In this document: in pieces, positions 40,586 through 50,528 of the stretch | How positions within the stretch are numbered: position 1 is the first letter of the stretch | How the letters are laid out: each line of letters starts with the position of its first letter | Origin: Longimicrobiales bacterium | GTDB lineage: Bacteria > Gemmatimonadota > Gemmatimonadetes > Longimicrobiales > Gaopeijiaceae | DNA length: 64,000 nucleotides | Direction of reading: 5' to 3' | NCBI GenBank assembly: GCA_965218295.1 | Contig: CBDCKN010000013.1 | Location: 256,001-320,000 of the forward strand | Program-made: the position numbers and the translations under genes | The notes under the pieces: model-generated | Told to the model about the DNA's origin: nothing | The model's input: the letters and a program-made list of their open reading frames with translations, nothing else | Database searches by the model: none

Positions 40586-42195
40586 CTGGCGGCGTCCTGG
40601 TCGAAGATCACGAAGGGCAGACCCAGATCGGTCTCACCGGGGCCGTCTTCCTCCCACACGGCGGGAAGCTCCTCAATGACGTCGGACGGGGTGAGGCCAG
40701 GGCCCTTGTCCGACCTGATCGCCGCCCTGCCTGTCATGTAGAGAGCGAGGGCGCCCGCTACGTCTGGCGTGGAGCCCTGGGCGAGAAGCGCCCCGGCCAC
40801 ACCCGTGAGCACGTCCCCCATCCCCCCGGCGGCCAGATCAGAGGTGCCCACCGTATCCACCCAGCACGTGCCGTCGGGGGGCACGACGATAGACGGCAGG
40901 CCCTTGAGAAGAACTGTGGCACCCGACTGGGCCGCGAAGGTCCTGGCGGCCGACATCCTGTCTTCCGCGATGGTCTCCCCCGACAGGCCCGACAGGCCCT
41001 TCATCTCGCCGAGGTGGGGCGTCACCAGCACGTCCCGTCCCTGGGCCCAACTGCCCACGCCGGGACCCTCACCGGAAGCCGCCAGATTCAACGCGTCGGC
41101 ATCCAGCACCGTCGGACGGCCGTCGGTGGCCTCGAGAACCACCTCGAGAAGCGCCGCCCCTTCGGCCCCGTCTCCCAAACCGGGACCGGCGGCCACGGCG
41201 TGTGAGGCCGCCGCCGCATTCCTCACCGCCTCCGGGTCATCGCCGGGAACGAAGACAGCCTCGGGAACCGACCCCTGAATGATCTCCCGGTTCTCTGCTG
41301 CCGAGGCGACGCGAAGGAGGCCTATGCCTGCGCGCAGGGCTGCCCTGGCCGCCATCACCGCCGCCCCCGCCATGCCGGACCGGCCTGCAACGAGAAGTAG
41401 AACACCCACCCGGTTCTTGTGTGTGTCAGGCTCCCTGCGCGGTCGCCGCTCGGACGCCCACGCAGGCGTCACCGCCGCCGCCCCAAAGGCGCTCTCGCCG
41501 GCGGGCGGGAAACCGATCTCCACGGCGATCAACCGCCCGACATTGGTCCTGGCGGGCTGTAGGAAGGTGCCAAGCTTCGGCCAGCCCAGGGCCACGGTCA
41601 CCTGCGCAGCGACGGCCTCCCCGTCGATCCGCCCCGTGTCCGCATCGATGCCGGAGGGTGCGTCCAGCGCGAAGACCGGGCGCCGGGATCGGTTGATGGC
41701 CTGGATCGCCCTGGCCTGGCGGGCCCGGGGCGCTCCCTTTATGCCGGTGCCGAGGATCCCGTCTACGATAACGGCGGCATCGCCTAGGACGGAGTCAAGC
41801 GGCCGTCCGTCGCCTACCCCGCCGCTGGGAGCACCCCCCGTCCCGTCGTGCCCGCCGTCGCTCAGGAGCGGTAGGTCCCAGCCATGGAGCAGCGGATCGT
41901 CCTCGGGGCGATCGGCGACGAGCACGGCCTTCACGGGTCGACCCCAGGAGCGCAGGGTTCGGAGAAGCACGAGACCGTCGCCTCCGTTGTTTCCCGCCCC
42001 GATGAGCGCCACGACCTCGCCTCGCGGGAAGAGGCGATCGAGGACCTGTGCGGCGGATCGCCCTGCGCACTCCATCAGGGTGACTTGGGGCACGCCCTGC
42101 TCGTCGATGGCCATGCGGTCAAACGCGGCCGCCTCCGCCCCGGTCGGAGCCCACACGCGCGGTCCTCCGAAGGGCCGGATAGGGATCCCCGTCAT
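40582..42195 (-). CDS. nnr: Bifunctional NAD(P)HX epimerase/dehydratase
   Basis: LMECAG, GNNGGDG, DGILGTG, DAPSG, DADAL, TPH.GE, GGMGDVLTG. Confidence 0.92.
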   Translation of the reverse strand: MTGIPIRPFGGPRVWAPTGAEAAAFDRMAIDEQGVPQVTLMECAGRSAAQVLDRLFPRGEVVALIGAGNNGGDGLVLLRTLRSWGRPVKAVLVADRPEDDPLLHGWDLPLLSDGGHDGTGGAPSGGVGDGRPLDSVLGDAAVIVDGILGTGIKGAPRARQARAIQAINRSRRPVFALDAPSGIDADTGRIDGEAVAAQVTVALGWPKLGTFLQPARTNVGRLIAVEIGFPPAGESAFGAAAVTPAWASERRPRREPDTHKNRVGVLLLVAGRSGMAGAAVMAARAALRAGIGLLRVASAAENREIIQGSVPEAVFVPGDDPEAVRNAAAASHAVAAGPGLGDGAEGAALLEVVLEATDGRPTVLDADALNLAASGEGPGVGSWAQGRDVLVTPHLGEMKGLSGLSGETIAEDRMSAARTFAAQSGATVLLKGLPSIVVPPDGTCWVDTVGTSDLAAGGMGDVLTGVAGALLAQGSTPDVAGALALYMTGRAAIRSDKGPGLTPSDVIEELPAVWEEDGPGETDLGLPFVIFDQDAAR

Positions 42196-42315
42196 GACCT
42201 TCCGCCGCACCGGGCCAACCCGCGGACAGGCCGGGTCGAGCTCGAGTTCAGCGGTGGCACGTACGACGAGAAAAGGCGGCTGGCGGGCACTGAACGCCGG
42301 TCAGGAGGAAGGGAC

Positions 42316-42513
42316 CTACTTGTAGCTCTGTCCGATGCTGCGTCCCAGCGAAATCTCCCCATTATCGATCCGGATGTTGAACCCGCAGTCAGGGTTGGAG
42401 CACACCCAGGCCTTATAACGGATAGCAGCACCGTCGCGTCCATAATCCGAAAGGGGTAACAGGATCCCCGGATCGCACTTCAGGCAAGTAGGAAACCCAG
42501 ATTCTTCCGGCAT
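42316..42513 (-). CDS. Small Zn-ribbon-like protein (65 aa)
   Basis: CLKC..LLPLSDYG..YKAWVCSNPDC; strong RBS. Confidence 0.75.
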   Translation of the reverse strand: MPEESGFPTCLKCDPGILLPLSDYGRDGAAIRYKAWVCSNPDCGFNIRIDNGEISLGRSIGQSYK

Positions 42514-42636
42514 GTCCAAACCCCTCCCCACAACGTTATAAGTTTGGCGAGCCGCTTGCCGGCGAACCGGCAGGCGGGCAGGCGCTGTTTCTCCGTTGTC
42601 GTGCTCAACATCGAATGTGGCCCGAAGGCCGATCCT

Positions 42637-43017
42637 TCAGATCCCCGGACTCCAGGGATAATTTTGCTCGAATGCTTCCTCGAAGTCGAAAACGTCGCGG
42701 AAGTCCTCGGGGCTGTCCCCGTCCTGCCTGATCAGGACACCGCAGTCGACGAGCGCGAAGACGATGTCGCCCAGATCTTCGGTCGCGTGGATACCCCAAT
42801 GCTGCAAAACGGTCCTGGCCATGGGTCCGAAGCGATCCAAGGCGAGACGACGGACCCCGTCGGCCAGCTCCTGGCCCGAGATGTGCCGAGGCTCATCCAG
42901 CCCTTCCATCACCTGGTGGAGTGACGAAAGCAGAAAGAGGTACGCCTTCCCGTGAAAACGGGGGTGCTTTTCTTGGAGCTGATCCAAGACCTCTTCGGCA
43001 AATTGAAGCTCGATCAT
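42637..43017 (-). CDS. Conserved protein (Minf_1886-like)
   Basis: AYLFLL..L..RHISGQEL..FGPMA..VL.HWGI..TEDLG.IVF.LV. Confidence 0.75.
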   Translation of the reverse strand: MIELQFAEEVLDQLQEKHPRFHGKAYLFLLSSLHQVMEGLDEPRHISGQELADGVRRLALDRFGPMARTVLQHWGIHATEDLGDIVFALVDCGVLIRQDGDSPEDFRDVFDFEEAFEQNYPWSPGI

Positions 43018-43076
43018 AGGGGAAATGTTACGCGCTCGTCGTCCTGGCGCCAGGCTGGCCCGGACGATAGTGGCCG

Positions 43077-44336
43077 CTAGACCCGTGCTGCAAGCTCTTG
43101 ATAGAGCGGGAATGCCTGGCACATCTCGTCGATCTGCCCGCGAACACTGCTGATCATGTTTTCGTCGGTCGGGTCGGCCAGCACGGTGACGATCCAATCG
43201 GCGATCTGTCGCATGTCTGCTTCACGAAGCCCCCGGGTCGTCACGGCAGGGGTCCCGATGCGGAGTCCCGAGGTGACGAACGGGGACCGGGTCTCTCCCG
43301 GAACCGTGTTCTTGTTGACCGTCATCCCCGCTAGCTCCAGAGCCTTTTCTGCCTCTTTGCCTGTGAGCTCTTCGTGACTCTTGCGAAGGTCCACGAGAAG
43401 CAGGTGGGTGTCCGTGCCCCCGCTGACCAGGAAGAGTCCATGCTCCAACAGACCCTCGGCGAGGGCCCGGGCGTTGGCGACGATCTGGCGCTGATAGATC
43501 TTGAAGTCGGGCTGCAGCGCCTCCCTCAACGCCACCGCTTTCGCGGCGATGATGTGCATCAAGGGGCCTCCTTGCGTGCCCGGGAAGATCGACTTGTCAA
43601 TGGCCTTCGCGTGCTCCTCCTTGCAGAGGATGAGCCCACCCCTGGGTCCCCGCAGCGTCTTGTGGATCGTCGAGGTCACCACGTCGGAGTGGGGCACAGG
43701 ACTTGGATGGAGCTCGGCGGCCACGAGCCCCGCGATGTGGGCCATATCCACCATCATGCAAGCGTCCACCTCTCTTGCGATCTCGCCGAAGGTCTCGAAA
43801 TCGAGGATGCGAGGATAAGCACTCGCACCCGCCACGATCATCTTCGGGCGCGCCTCCAACGCCTGCTCACGGAGGGCGTCGTAGTCGATTCGCCCATCGG
43901 ACTCGCGAATCCCGTACGCCACCACTTCGAAGAGCTGGCCGCTGAAGTTCACGGGCGATCCGTGGGTCAGGTGGCCCCCGTGATTCAGGTGCATTCCGAG
44001 GATCCTATCCCCGGGCTCCAGGAAGGCGAAGTACGCCGCCATGTTCGCCTGAGTTCCGGAGTGGGCCTGAACGTTGGCGTGATCGGCCCCGAAGAGCTCC
44101 ATGGCACGATCACGGGCGAGCTCTTCCGCCACGTCCACGTGCTCGCAACCGCCGTAGTACCGCTTGCCCGGAAGCCCCTCGGCGTACTTGTTGGCCATCA
44201 CGGTCCCCATGGCCTGCAGAACGGCCAGCGAGACGAAGTTCTCGCTGGCAATGAGCTCGAGCTGGGTGGACTGGCGCTCCGCCTCGGCTCGGATGGCCTC
44301 GAAGATCTGGGGGTCTGTGCTTTTCAAGTGGTCCAT
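43077..44336 (-). CDS. glyA: Serine hydroxymethyltransferase
   Basis: [36 protein letters not shown]. Confidence 0.98.
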   Translation of the reverse strand: MDHLKSTDPQIFEAIRAEAERQSTQLELIASENFVSLAVLQAMGTVMANKYAEGLPGKRYYGGCEHVDVAEELARDRAMELFGADHANVQAHSGTQANMAAYFAFLEPGDRILGMHLNHGGHLTHGSPVNFSGQLFEVVAYGIRESDGRIDYDALREQALEARPKMIVAGASAYPRILDFETFGEIAREVDACMMVDMAHIAGLVAAELHPSPVPHSDVVTSTIHKTLRGPRGGLILCKEEHAKAIDKSIFPGTQGGPLMHIIAAKAVALREALQPDFKIYQRQIVANARALAEGLLEHGLFLVSGGTDTHLLLVDLRKSHEELTGKEAEKALELAGMTVNKNTVPGETRSPFVTSGLRIGTPAVTTRGLREADMRQIADWIVTVLADPTDENMISSVRGQIDEMCQAFPLYQELAARV

Positions 44337-44371
44337 GGCGGCTCGAAGCTATCGACGGAGGTGGATCGGGA

Positions 44372-45427
44372 CTAGATGTGGCTGCGCCGGAGGTTGCGCG
44401 CCTCGATGATGCGCTGCCAGGCGACCCGGTCCACGGCCTCGCTGGTGGGGATGTTCTCGGCCTGTGCCCTCTTGAAGATGCGGAGGAGCGTGTCGTAGAC
44501 TGACCCCGCCTTCTTCCGGCTCTGCTCGGGCGTCCAGCCCTGCAGCTCACCGTACACGTTGCACAGCCCGCCGGCGTTGATCACGTAGTCCGGCGCGTAG
44601 AGAATCCCCTGGTCGTGAATGGCCTGCCCGTGACGCGCCTCCGCCAGCTGGTTGTTGGCGGCCCCCGCCACGATGTGCATCTTGAGCACCTTCAAGGTGT
44701 CGTCGTTGATCACAGCGCCCAGCGCGCACGGCGCAAAGATGTCGGCGTCCACTCCGTAGACGTCCTCGTTGCCGACGGCCGTGGCTCCGAAGTCGTCTGC
44801 GACCCGCTGGATCCGCCCCTCGTCGATGTCGGTGACCGTGAGCTTGGCCCCGTCGGCCGCCAGGTCCTCACACAGGTGGTATCCCACGTGTCCGACTCCC
44901 TGGACGACGACGTGCTTGCCCTCCAGCGAATCGTCACCGTAGCGGAACTGAGCGCACGCCTTGATGCCCCGGTAGACTCCGAACGCCGTGATGGGCGACG
45001 GGTCTCCGGAGCCCTCTTTCAGGCCGGTTACCGAGTCCGTCTCCATACGGACGTACTCCATGTCGTCCACCGACGTACCGACGTCCTTGGCCGTGAGGTA
45101 GCGCCCCTTGAGCGACTCCACCGCCCGGCCGTGGGCGCGGAAGATCATCTCCCGTTCCGTGGTCCGGTTGTCGCCGAGGATCACGGACTTGCCGCCACCC
45201 AGGTTCAGGCCAGTGATGGCGGCCTTGTAGGTCATTCCGCGGGAGAGGCGCAGAACGTCGGTGATGGCCGCGGCGTCCGACGAGTAGTTCCAAAAGCGGG
45301 TGCCGCCTAGGGCCGGCCCCAGCGTGGTGTCGTGGATCGCTATGAGCCCCCTATACCCGATGGACGGCTCGCTCCAGAAGACGAGCTGCTCGTGGCCCCG
45401 CTCGGCCATCGCGTCAAATATCTCCAT
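44372..45427 (-). CDS. Leu/Phe/Val dehydrogenase
   Basis: LGPALGGTR, GMTYK, GGGK, QGVGHVG, GAANNQL, PDYVINAGG. Confidence 0.92.
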   Translation of the reverse strand: MEIFDAMAERGHEQLVFWSEPSIGYRGLIAIHDTTLGPALGGTRFWNYSSDAAAITDVLRLSRGMTYKAAITGLNLGGGKSVILGDNRTTEREMIFRAHGRAVESLKGRYLTAKDVGTSVDDMEYVRMETDSVTGLKEGSGDPSPITAFGVYRGIKACAQFRYGDDSLEGKHVVVQGVGHVGYHLCEDLAADGAKLTVTDIDEGRIQRVADDFGATAVGNEDVYGVDADIFAPCALGAVINDDTLKVLKMHIVAGAANNQLAEARHGQAIHDQGILYAPDYVINAGGLCNVYGELQGWTPEQSRKKAGSVYDTLLRIFKRAQAENIPTSEAVDRVAWQRIIEARNLRRSHI

Positions 45428-45452
45428 CACTCCGTTATCTCCATCACTCCGT
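45419..45452. repeat. Exact 17-bp tandem duplication spanning an RBS and start codon
   Basis: tatctccatcactccgt x2 (minus: ACGGAGTGATGGAGATA x2). Confidence 0.9.
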
Positions 45453-45512
45453 CGACCTCTTCCTCAAGAGTTTGCGTTTGCCGAAGTCCGAGTGTGCCGG
45501 ACGATAGATGTG

Positions 45513-46715
45513 TCATGACCCGCTTCGTGCCTCCTTCAGGATTTCGCGGGCTACGACGAGGCGCATGATCTCGCTGGTGCCCTCGTAGATCTCCGTGCCC
45601 TTGGCGTCTCGCATCAACTTCTCGACGGGATAGTCGCGCATGTAACCATAGCCACCGAAGATCTGAACGGCCTCGTCGGTGACCCACATGGCGCTCTCGC
45701 TGGCCGTGAGCTTGACCATGGCCGCCACGGCGGGGATCGCGTCGGCACCTCGGGCGTCGCACCCGCCCTCCGCTTCCAGGCTTGCCGCAGCAGTGTGGAG
45801 TAGGGACCGGGAGGCGGCGATTCGGCTGGCCATGTCGGCCAGCTTGAACTGAATCGCGCCGAAGTCCGCGATGGCGTGTCCGAACTGGTGCCGCTCCACG
45901 GCATAGTCCGTGGCATGCTCGAACGCTTTTTGAGCGACCCCCACCGACTGGGCGGCGACTCCCAAGCGGCCCACGTTCAGAGCCTCCAGGGCATAGCGGA
46001 AGCCCTGAGTCGGATCCCCCAGCACGCGATCTGGCGCCACCTGGACGTCTTCCAGCTCAACCGACACGATCTGCGACGCGCGCAGCCCCATGGTGGTCTC
46101 TCTCCCGGTGACGGAATAGCCCTCGCTGTCTCGCTCCACGAGGAAGGCTCCCATGGAGCCTTCGCCCTCCGTGGCGTTCTCGGGCTCGTCGGCCACCTCC
46201 CTCTCGGTCGCCGCGAAGACGATGACGAGCCCCGCCCTATCCCCGTTGGTCACCCAGCGCTTGGTGCCGCTGAGGCTCCAACTCCCATCATCCCTGGATG
46301 CCGCACGAGTCTGGATGGACGCTGCGTCGCTCCCTGCCGAGGGCTCCGAAAGCGCGAACGCACCCAGAAGGGACCCCGAGGCGAGTGCGGGCAGGTACGC
46401 TTCTTTCTGCTCGTCCGAGCCGTGCTGGAGCAGCAGGGTGGTCACGGGCCCGTTATGGATCGCCACGGCGAGGGCGAGGCTGGCGTCTCCCCAGGCGAAC
46501 TCCTCGAGGGCGAGGAGATACGTCCCAAGATCCAACTCCAATCCGCAGTAACGCTCCGGCACGCGCATCCCCAGGAAGCCGAGCTCGCCGAGCTTCCCGA
46601 AGATCTCCGGATCCAGATCCCGCTCCTCGTCCCACCGGGCCGCGTGAGGACGGATCTCGCCCTCTGCGAACGCACGGGCCAGGGCCCGAATCTCGAGCTG
46701 CTCAGGCGTGAACAC
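45513..46715 (-). CDS. Acyl-CoA dehydrogenase (short/branched chain, Bcd-like)
   Basis: FALSEPSAGSDA, GTKRWVTNG, GRLGVAAQ, R.QFG, QIFGGYGY, IYEGT. Confidence 0.93.
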   Translation of the reverse strand: MFTPEQLEIRALARAFAEGEIRPHAARWDEERDLDPEIFGKLGELGFLGMRVPERYCGLELDLGTYLLALEEFAWGDASLALAVAIHNGPVTTLLLQHGSDEQKEAYLPALASGSLLGAFALSEPSAGSDAASIQTRAASRDDGSWSLSGTKRWVTNGDRAGLVIVFAATEREVADEPENATEGEGSMGAFLVERDSEGYSVTGRETTMGLRASQIVSVELEDVQVAPDRVLGDPTQGFRYALEALNVGRLGVAAQSVGVAQKAFEHATDYAVERHQFGHAIADFGAIQFKLADMASRIAASRSLLHTAAASLEAEGGCDARGADAIPAVAAMVKLTASESAMWVTDEAVQIFGGYGYMRDYPVEKLMRDAKGTEIYEGTSEIMRLVVAREILKEARSGS

Positions 46716-46723
46716 GGCTAGAG

Positions 46724-47581
46724 TCAGGCGTCATACTCGTAAAACCCACGACCCGTCTTGCGGCCGAGCCAACCCGCCGCCACGTACTTGCGAAGGAGGG
46801 GGCACGGCCGGTAGCGGTCGTCTCCCAGCTCCCTGTGGAGGACCTCCATGATGCTGAGGCACGTGTCCAGACCGATGAAGTCGGCAAGGGCCAACGGACC
46901 CATGGGGTGGTTCATCCCGAGCGTCATGACCGCGTCGATGGCCTCTGCGTCGGCCACACCCTCCATGAGGGCGAAGACGGCCTCGTTGATCATGGGGCCG
47001 AGGATGCGATTCGACACGAACCCCGGGAAGTCGTTCACCTCCACCGGAGTCTTGCCGAGCTCCTGGGACAGGCCGACCACCGCGGCCGTCGTCCCGTCGC
47101 TCGTGGCCAGACCGCGAATGATCTCGATGAGCTTCATCACCGGCACCGGGTTCATGAAGTGCATCCCGATCACCCGGTCTGCCCGGCCCGTCTCCGCCGC
47201 GATGGCCGTGATGGAGATCGACGACGTGTTGCTCGCCAGAATCGTCTCGGATGCAGCCATGCCGTCGAGGCGCCGGAACAGGTCGAACTTGAGCTCGGCG
47301 TTCTCCGGAACCGCCTCGACCACCAGCTGGGTCCCCTCCACCGCCTCCTCCAGAGAGGTGGTGGGCCGGATTCGCCCGAGAGTCTCGTCCCGGGCAGGCT
47401 CGTCGATGATCTCCTTCTTCACCTGCCGATCCAGGTTCTTCGAGATCGTGGCGAGAGCGTTATCCAGAACCTCTTGTGACACGTCCGTGAGACGCACGTC
47501 GCGGCCGTGCTGGGCACAGACATGGGCGATCCCGTTGCCCATGGTGCCTCCACCGATCACCGTAATCCTTTCTATCGTCAT
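46724..47581 (-). CDS. hbd: 3-hydroxybutyryl-CoA dehydrogenase
   Basis: [45 protein letters not shown]. Confidence 0.93.
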   Translation of the reverse strand: MTIERITVIGGGTMGNGIAHVCAQHGRDVRLTDVSQEVLDNALATISKNLDRQVKKEIIDEPARDETLGRIRPTTSLEEAVEGTQLVVEAVPENAELKFDLFRRLDGMAASETILASNTSSISITAIAAETGRADRVIGMHFMNPVPVMKLIEIIRGLATSDGTTAAVVGLSQELGKTPVEVNDFPGFVSNRILGPMINEAVFALMEGVADAEAIDAVMTLGMNHPMGPLALADFIGLDTCLSIMEVLHRELGDDRYRPCPLLRKYVAAGWLGRKTGRGFYEYDA

Positions 47582-47692
47582 GCCGTCCTCGGCTCTCTGA
47601 ACAAGACTTCTTCCGCGGCGGCGGGAAGCGTGTCCTAGTGTTCCGTTTCCGAAGTTCGCGAGCCATCAAGAGGGTCGGGGCGCCGTGGAAGG

Positions 47693-48904
47693 CTAAGACT
47701 TCTCGACCGAGAGGGCGACGGCGTTCCCTCCCCCGAGGCAGAGCGAGGCCATCCCCGTCTCGACGCTCCGATCGTCCATGGCGTTCAGCAACGTCACCAG
47801 GATGCGGGCGCCGGACGCACCGATAGGGTGTCCCAGCGCCACCGCGCCACCGTGCACGTTCACCCGGTCCGGATCGACCCCTAACTCCCTCATGTCCGCC
47901 AGGGCCTGCACGGCGAACGCCTCGTTGAGCTCGAAGAGACCATAGTCGCCGACGCTCTTCCCTTCCTTGGCCATGAGGTTCCGCACTGCGGCAATGGGGG
48001 CGAAGAAGAGATCCTTCGGCTCGGTCCCACTGGCGGCGTATCCGGAGATGGTGGCCTCCACGGTCAACCCATGGGTCTCGGCGAACTCCAGCGACGTCAC
48101 GACCAGGGCGGCAGCAGCGTCGTTGAGCCCCGGCGTGTTGCCTGCGGTCACGACCAGCTCGTCGAGGCCCTCGGGAGCGTCCTTGGGGAACGCCGGCCGG
48201 AGCTTGCCCAGAGCCTCGAGAGAGGTCTCACGTCTCGGCGACTCGTCGGTGTCGACGACCGTGGTGCCCCGAGGCGTCCCGACGGAGACCGGAACGATCT
48301 CGGCGTCGAACTTGCCCTCGTCCATGGCCGCCACAGCGAGCGTATGAGAGCGGAGCGAGAACTCGTCCGCATCTTGTCGCGTGATACCCGCCTTCGCAGC
48401 AGTGTACTCCGCGTGCCCCCCCATGTGGCAGTGGCCGAACGCACACCAGAGGCCATCCAGGATGAGCCCGTCCTCGACCTTCTGATCGCCGAACTTCACC
48501 CCGGAGCGGAGTCCCCGAACGTAGAACGGGACGTTCGACATTGATTCCATGCCCCCCGCCACCACCGCCTTGGCATCGCCTGCGCGGATGGCCTGGGCGC
48601 CCAGCATCACTGCCTTGAGGCCCGATCCACAGACCTTGTTGATCGTGACAGAGGGAACCGTGGCCGGAATCCCGGCGCTGATGGCCGCCTGGCGGGCGGG
48701 GGCCTGCCCTTCGCCGGCCACCACGACGTTCCCCATGATGACTTCGTCAACGGCGGTGACGTCGATACCGGAGCGCTCCACGGCCGCGCCGATGGCCACG
48801 GCGCCCAGCTCAGGCGCCGACAGGGGGCCGAGGCCGCCCAGGAAGCGTCCAATGGGGGTCCGGGCTCCGGCGACGATTACCGGAATCCTCGCCTTATCGC
48901 TCAT
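47693..48904 (-). CDS. Acetyl-CoA C-acetyltransferase (thiolase)
   Basis: NKVCGSG, GGMESMS, NEAFA, GHPIGASG, CLGGG. Confidence 0.95.
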   Translation of the reverse strand: MSDKARIPVIVAGARTPIGRFLGGLGPLSAPELGAVAIGAAVERSGIDVTAVDEVIMGNVVVAGEGQAPARQAAISAGIPATVPSVTINKVCGSGLKAVMLGAQAIRAGDAKAVVAGGMESMSNVPFYVRGLRSGVKFGDQKVEDGLILDGLWCAFGHCHMGGHAEYTAAKAGITRQDADEFSLRSHTLAVAAMDEGKFDAEIVPVSVGTPRGTTVVDTDESPRRETSLEALGKLRPAFPKDAPEGLDELVVTAGNTPGLNDAAAALVVTSLEFAETHGLTVEATISGYAASGTEPKDLFFAPIAAVRNLMAKEGKSVGDYGLFELNEAFAVQALADMRELGVDPDRVNVHGGAVALGHPIGASGARILVTLLNAMDDRSVETGMASLCLGGGNAVALSVEKS

Positions 48905-48953
48905 GAATGCACCGTCTTTCCAGGTTCTGATCCGTCCGGCCGTCGGCCGGGCA

Positions 48954-49808
48954 TCACTGTAATTTAGTGAGATTTGGACTCGGGCCCAGAAGGGAGAGCT
49001 GCTGGCCCTGCCGGGGCCGGGACGGGCGGCGGCGCTTCCGTAGGAAGGCCTTCAGGGACTCGAGGTCCGTGAGGTCCTGGTTGGCGGCCTCATCCAGGAG
49101 TCGGAGCAGGACGCGAGCCGTTGTCAGGGCGTCTCCGTGGGCCCGGTGGCGAGCCGTGATCGCGATGTCGAAATGACGGGCCAGTGAATCCAGGTTACGG
49201 CGCCGGAGCCGGGGAAGGATGTGGCGAGCCATGCGCACGGTGCAGAGGCGCTCGACCCGAGGAACCTCGCCGATGGCCTCGGCCAGCTGCTGGCTCACGA
49301 ACCCCCAGTCGAAACGCGCGTTGTGCGCGACGAAAACCCGATCCCGGAGTCGCTCGAGAACGTCGGGCGCGATCTGATCGAAGTAAGGGGCGGAGGACAC
49401 GATGTCGTTGGTGATTCCGGTGAGCGCGGCGATGCGGGGAGGAATGCCCCGGCCTGGATTGACCAGGGTACGGTACTCGTCAGCCACGACTCCGTCGCGG
49501 ACCTCGTAGATTGCCACTTCCGTGATCCGATGCCCCCGCCGGTAGGGACCACCGGTGGTTTCCACGTCCACGACCGCGTATCGAAGGTCGGCCAGGGGAG
49601 TGCCGGGCCGTGGCCCCTGAAGAGACCAGAGACCCTCGGAATCGACATGAAACCGGGAATCCGAACCGAGGAGGGTGAAGACAGCGGCCGAGGCGGCGCC
49701 GGGATTCCCGGAAAGACCCAGGACCTCTCTCGCCAAGTCGAGCGTGCTGGTGGCACTCCGCTCCAAAACGGAGGCGGCATGGTGGATCAGGCCCCGGTCG
49801 CCCTTCAC
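48954..49808 (-). CDS. DEDDh 3'-5' exonuclease (DnaQ-like)
   Basis: VDVETTG, VAHNARFD, HRAHGDA. Confidence 0.88.
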   Translation of the reverse strand: MKGDRGLIHHAASVLERSATSTLDLAREVLGLSGNPGAASAAVFTLLGSDSRFHVDSEGLWSLQGPRPGTPLADLRYAVVDVETTGGPYRRGHRITEVAIYEVRDGVVADEYRTLVNPGRGIPPRIAALTGITNDIVSSAPYFDQIAPDVLERLRDRVFVAHNARFDWGFVSQQLAEAIGEVPRVERLCTVRMARHILPRLRRRNLDSLARHFDIAITARHRAHGDALTTARVLLRLLDEAANQDLTDLESLKAFLRKRRRPSRPRQGQQLSLLGPSPNLTKLQ

Positions 49809-50446
49809 TCCTTCCCTTCTTCCTGGCTCAATGCGAAGGAGAGCGCTTCCAGCTCCACGACCATGTTCACGTCCTTCACCGTAATACCCTCGGGGACTTT
49901 AAGCGTGGTGGGAGCGAAGTTGAGAATACCGCGTACCCCCGCGCCGGTGACCCGATCCATGACGGCGGGGACGGCGCTCACGGGAACGGCGAGGATGACA
50001 ATCTCGACGCCTTGCTTCCGGACGATGTCCTCGAATTCGCAGATGTCATGTACCGTCAGGTCGGCCAAGCGCTCACCGATCTTCGATGGGTCGACGTCCA
50101 GAATGGCGACGATGTCGTAGCCCCGCTCCTGGAATCCGCCGTACTCGACCAGAGCCGACCCGATGCGGCCGACCCCCACCAGAGCCACCCGCCAGCGCCG
50201 GTCGAGGCCGAGGATCTTCCGAACTCGAAATGCAAGCTCCGCCGCACCGTAGCCAAGCCCTCGCTTGCCGAAGGAGCCGAACAGGGACAGGTCCTTCCGC
50301 ACCTGCGCCGCCGTGGTGTCGCTGCGGATGGCCAGCTGTTCGCTGGATACTGTCCTCTCACCGTCTCGCTCGAGATGCTCCAGGATCCGGAGATAGAGCG
50401 ACAGCCGGCGGATGGCGGACTCGGAGATCTTCTTCGATATGGACAA
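49805..50446 (-). CDS. rex: Redox-sensing transcriptional repressor Rex (start uncertain)
   Basis: AIRRLSLY, SS.QLA, QVRKDLS.FG.FGKRG.GY, GVGRIG.AL, ILNFAP. Confidence 0.95.
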   Translation of the reverse strand: MSISKKISESAIRRLSLYLRILEHLERDGERTVSSEQLAIRSDTTAAQVRKDLSLFGSFGKRGLGYGAAELAFRVRKILGLDRRWRVALVGVGRIGSALVEYGGFQERGYDIVAILDVDPSKIGERLADLTVHDICEFEDIVRKQGVEIVILAVPVSAVPAVMDRVTGAGVRGILNFAPTTLKVPEGITVKDVNMVVELEALSFALSQEEGKE

Positions 50447-50481
50447 CGTGGAAACCCGGTTAAACCCTTCCGTACCCTGGC

Positions 50482-50499
50482 TTGTGAAAAGCTTCACAA
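50482..50499. promoter_or_regulatory. Rex operator
   Basis: TTGTGAA-AAGC-TTCACAA, an exact match to the Rex consensus TTGTGAA-N4-TTCACAA. Confidence 0.9.
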
Positions 50500-50528
50500 T
50501 ACTAGGCAGGGGGGGGCTGAAGCGTCAA
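50499..50528 (-). promoter_or_regulatory. sigma70 promoter of the rex operon
   Basis: TTGACG-N18-TAGTAT; the -10 box abuts the Rex operator; the spacer contains a G9/C9 homopolymer. Confidence 0.7.

Noticed and set aside
45087..45092. TAKDVG instead of TAEDVG in Leu dehydrogenase as a specificity change
   Set aside because: A single G-to-A difference in an error-prone assembly cannot be interpreted without reads.
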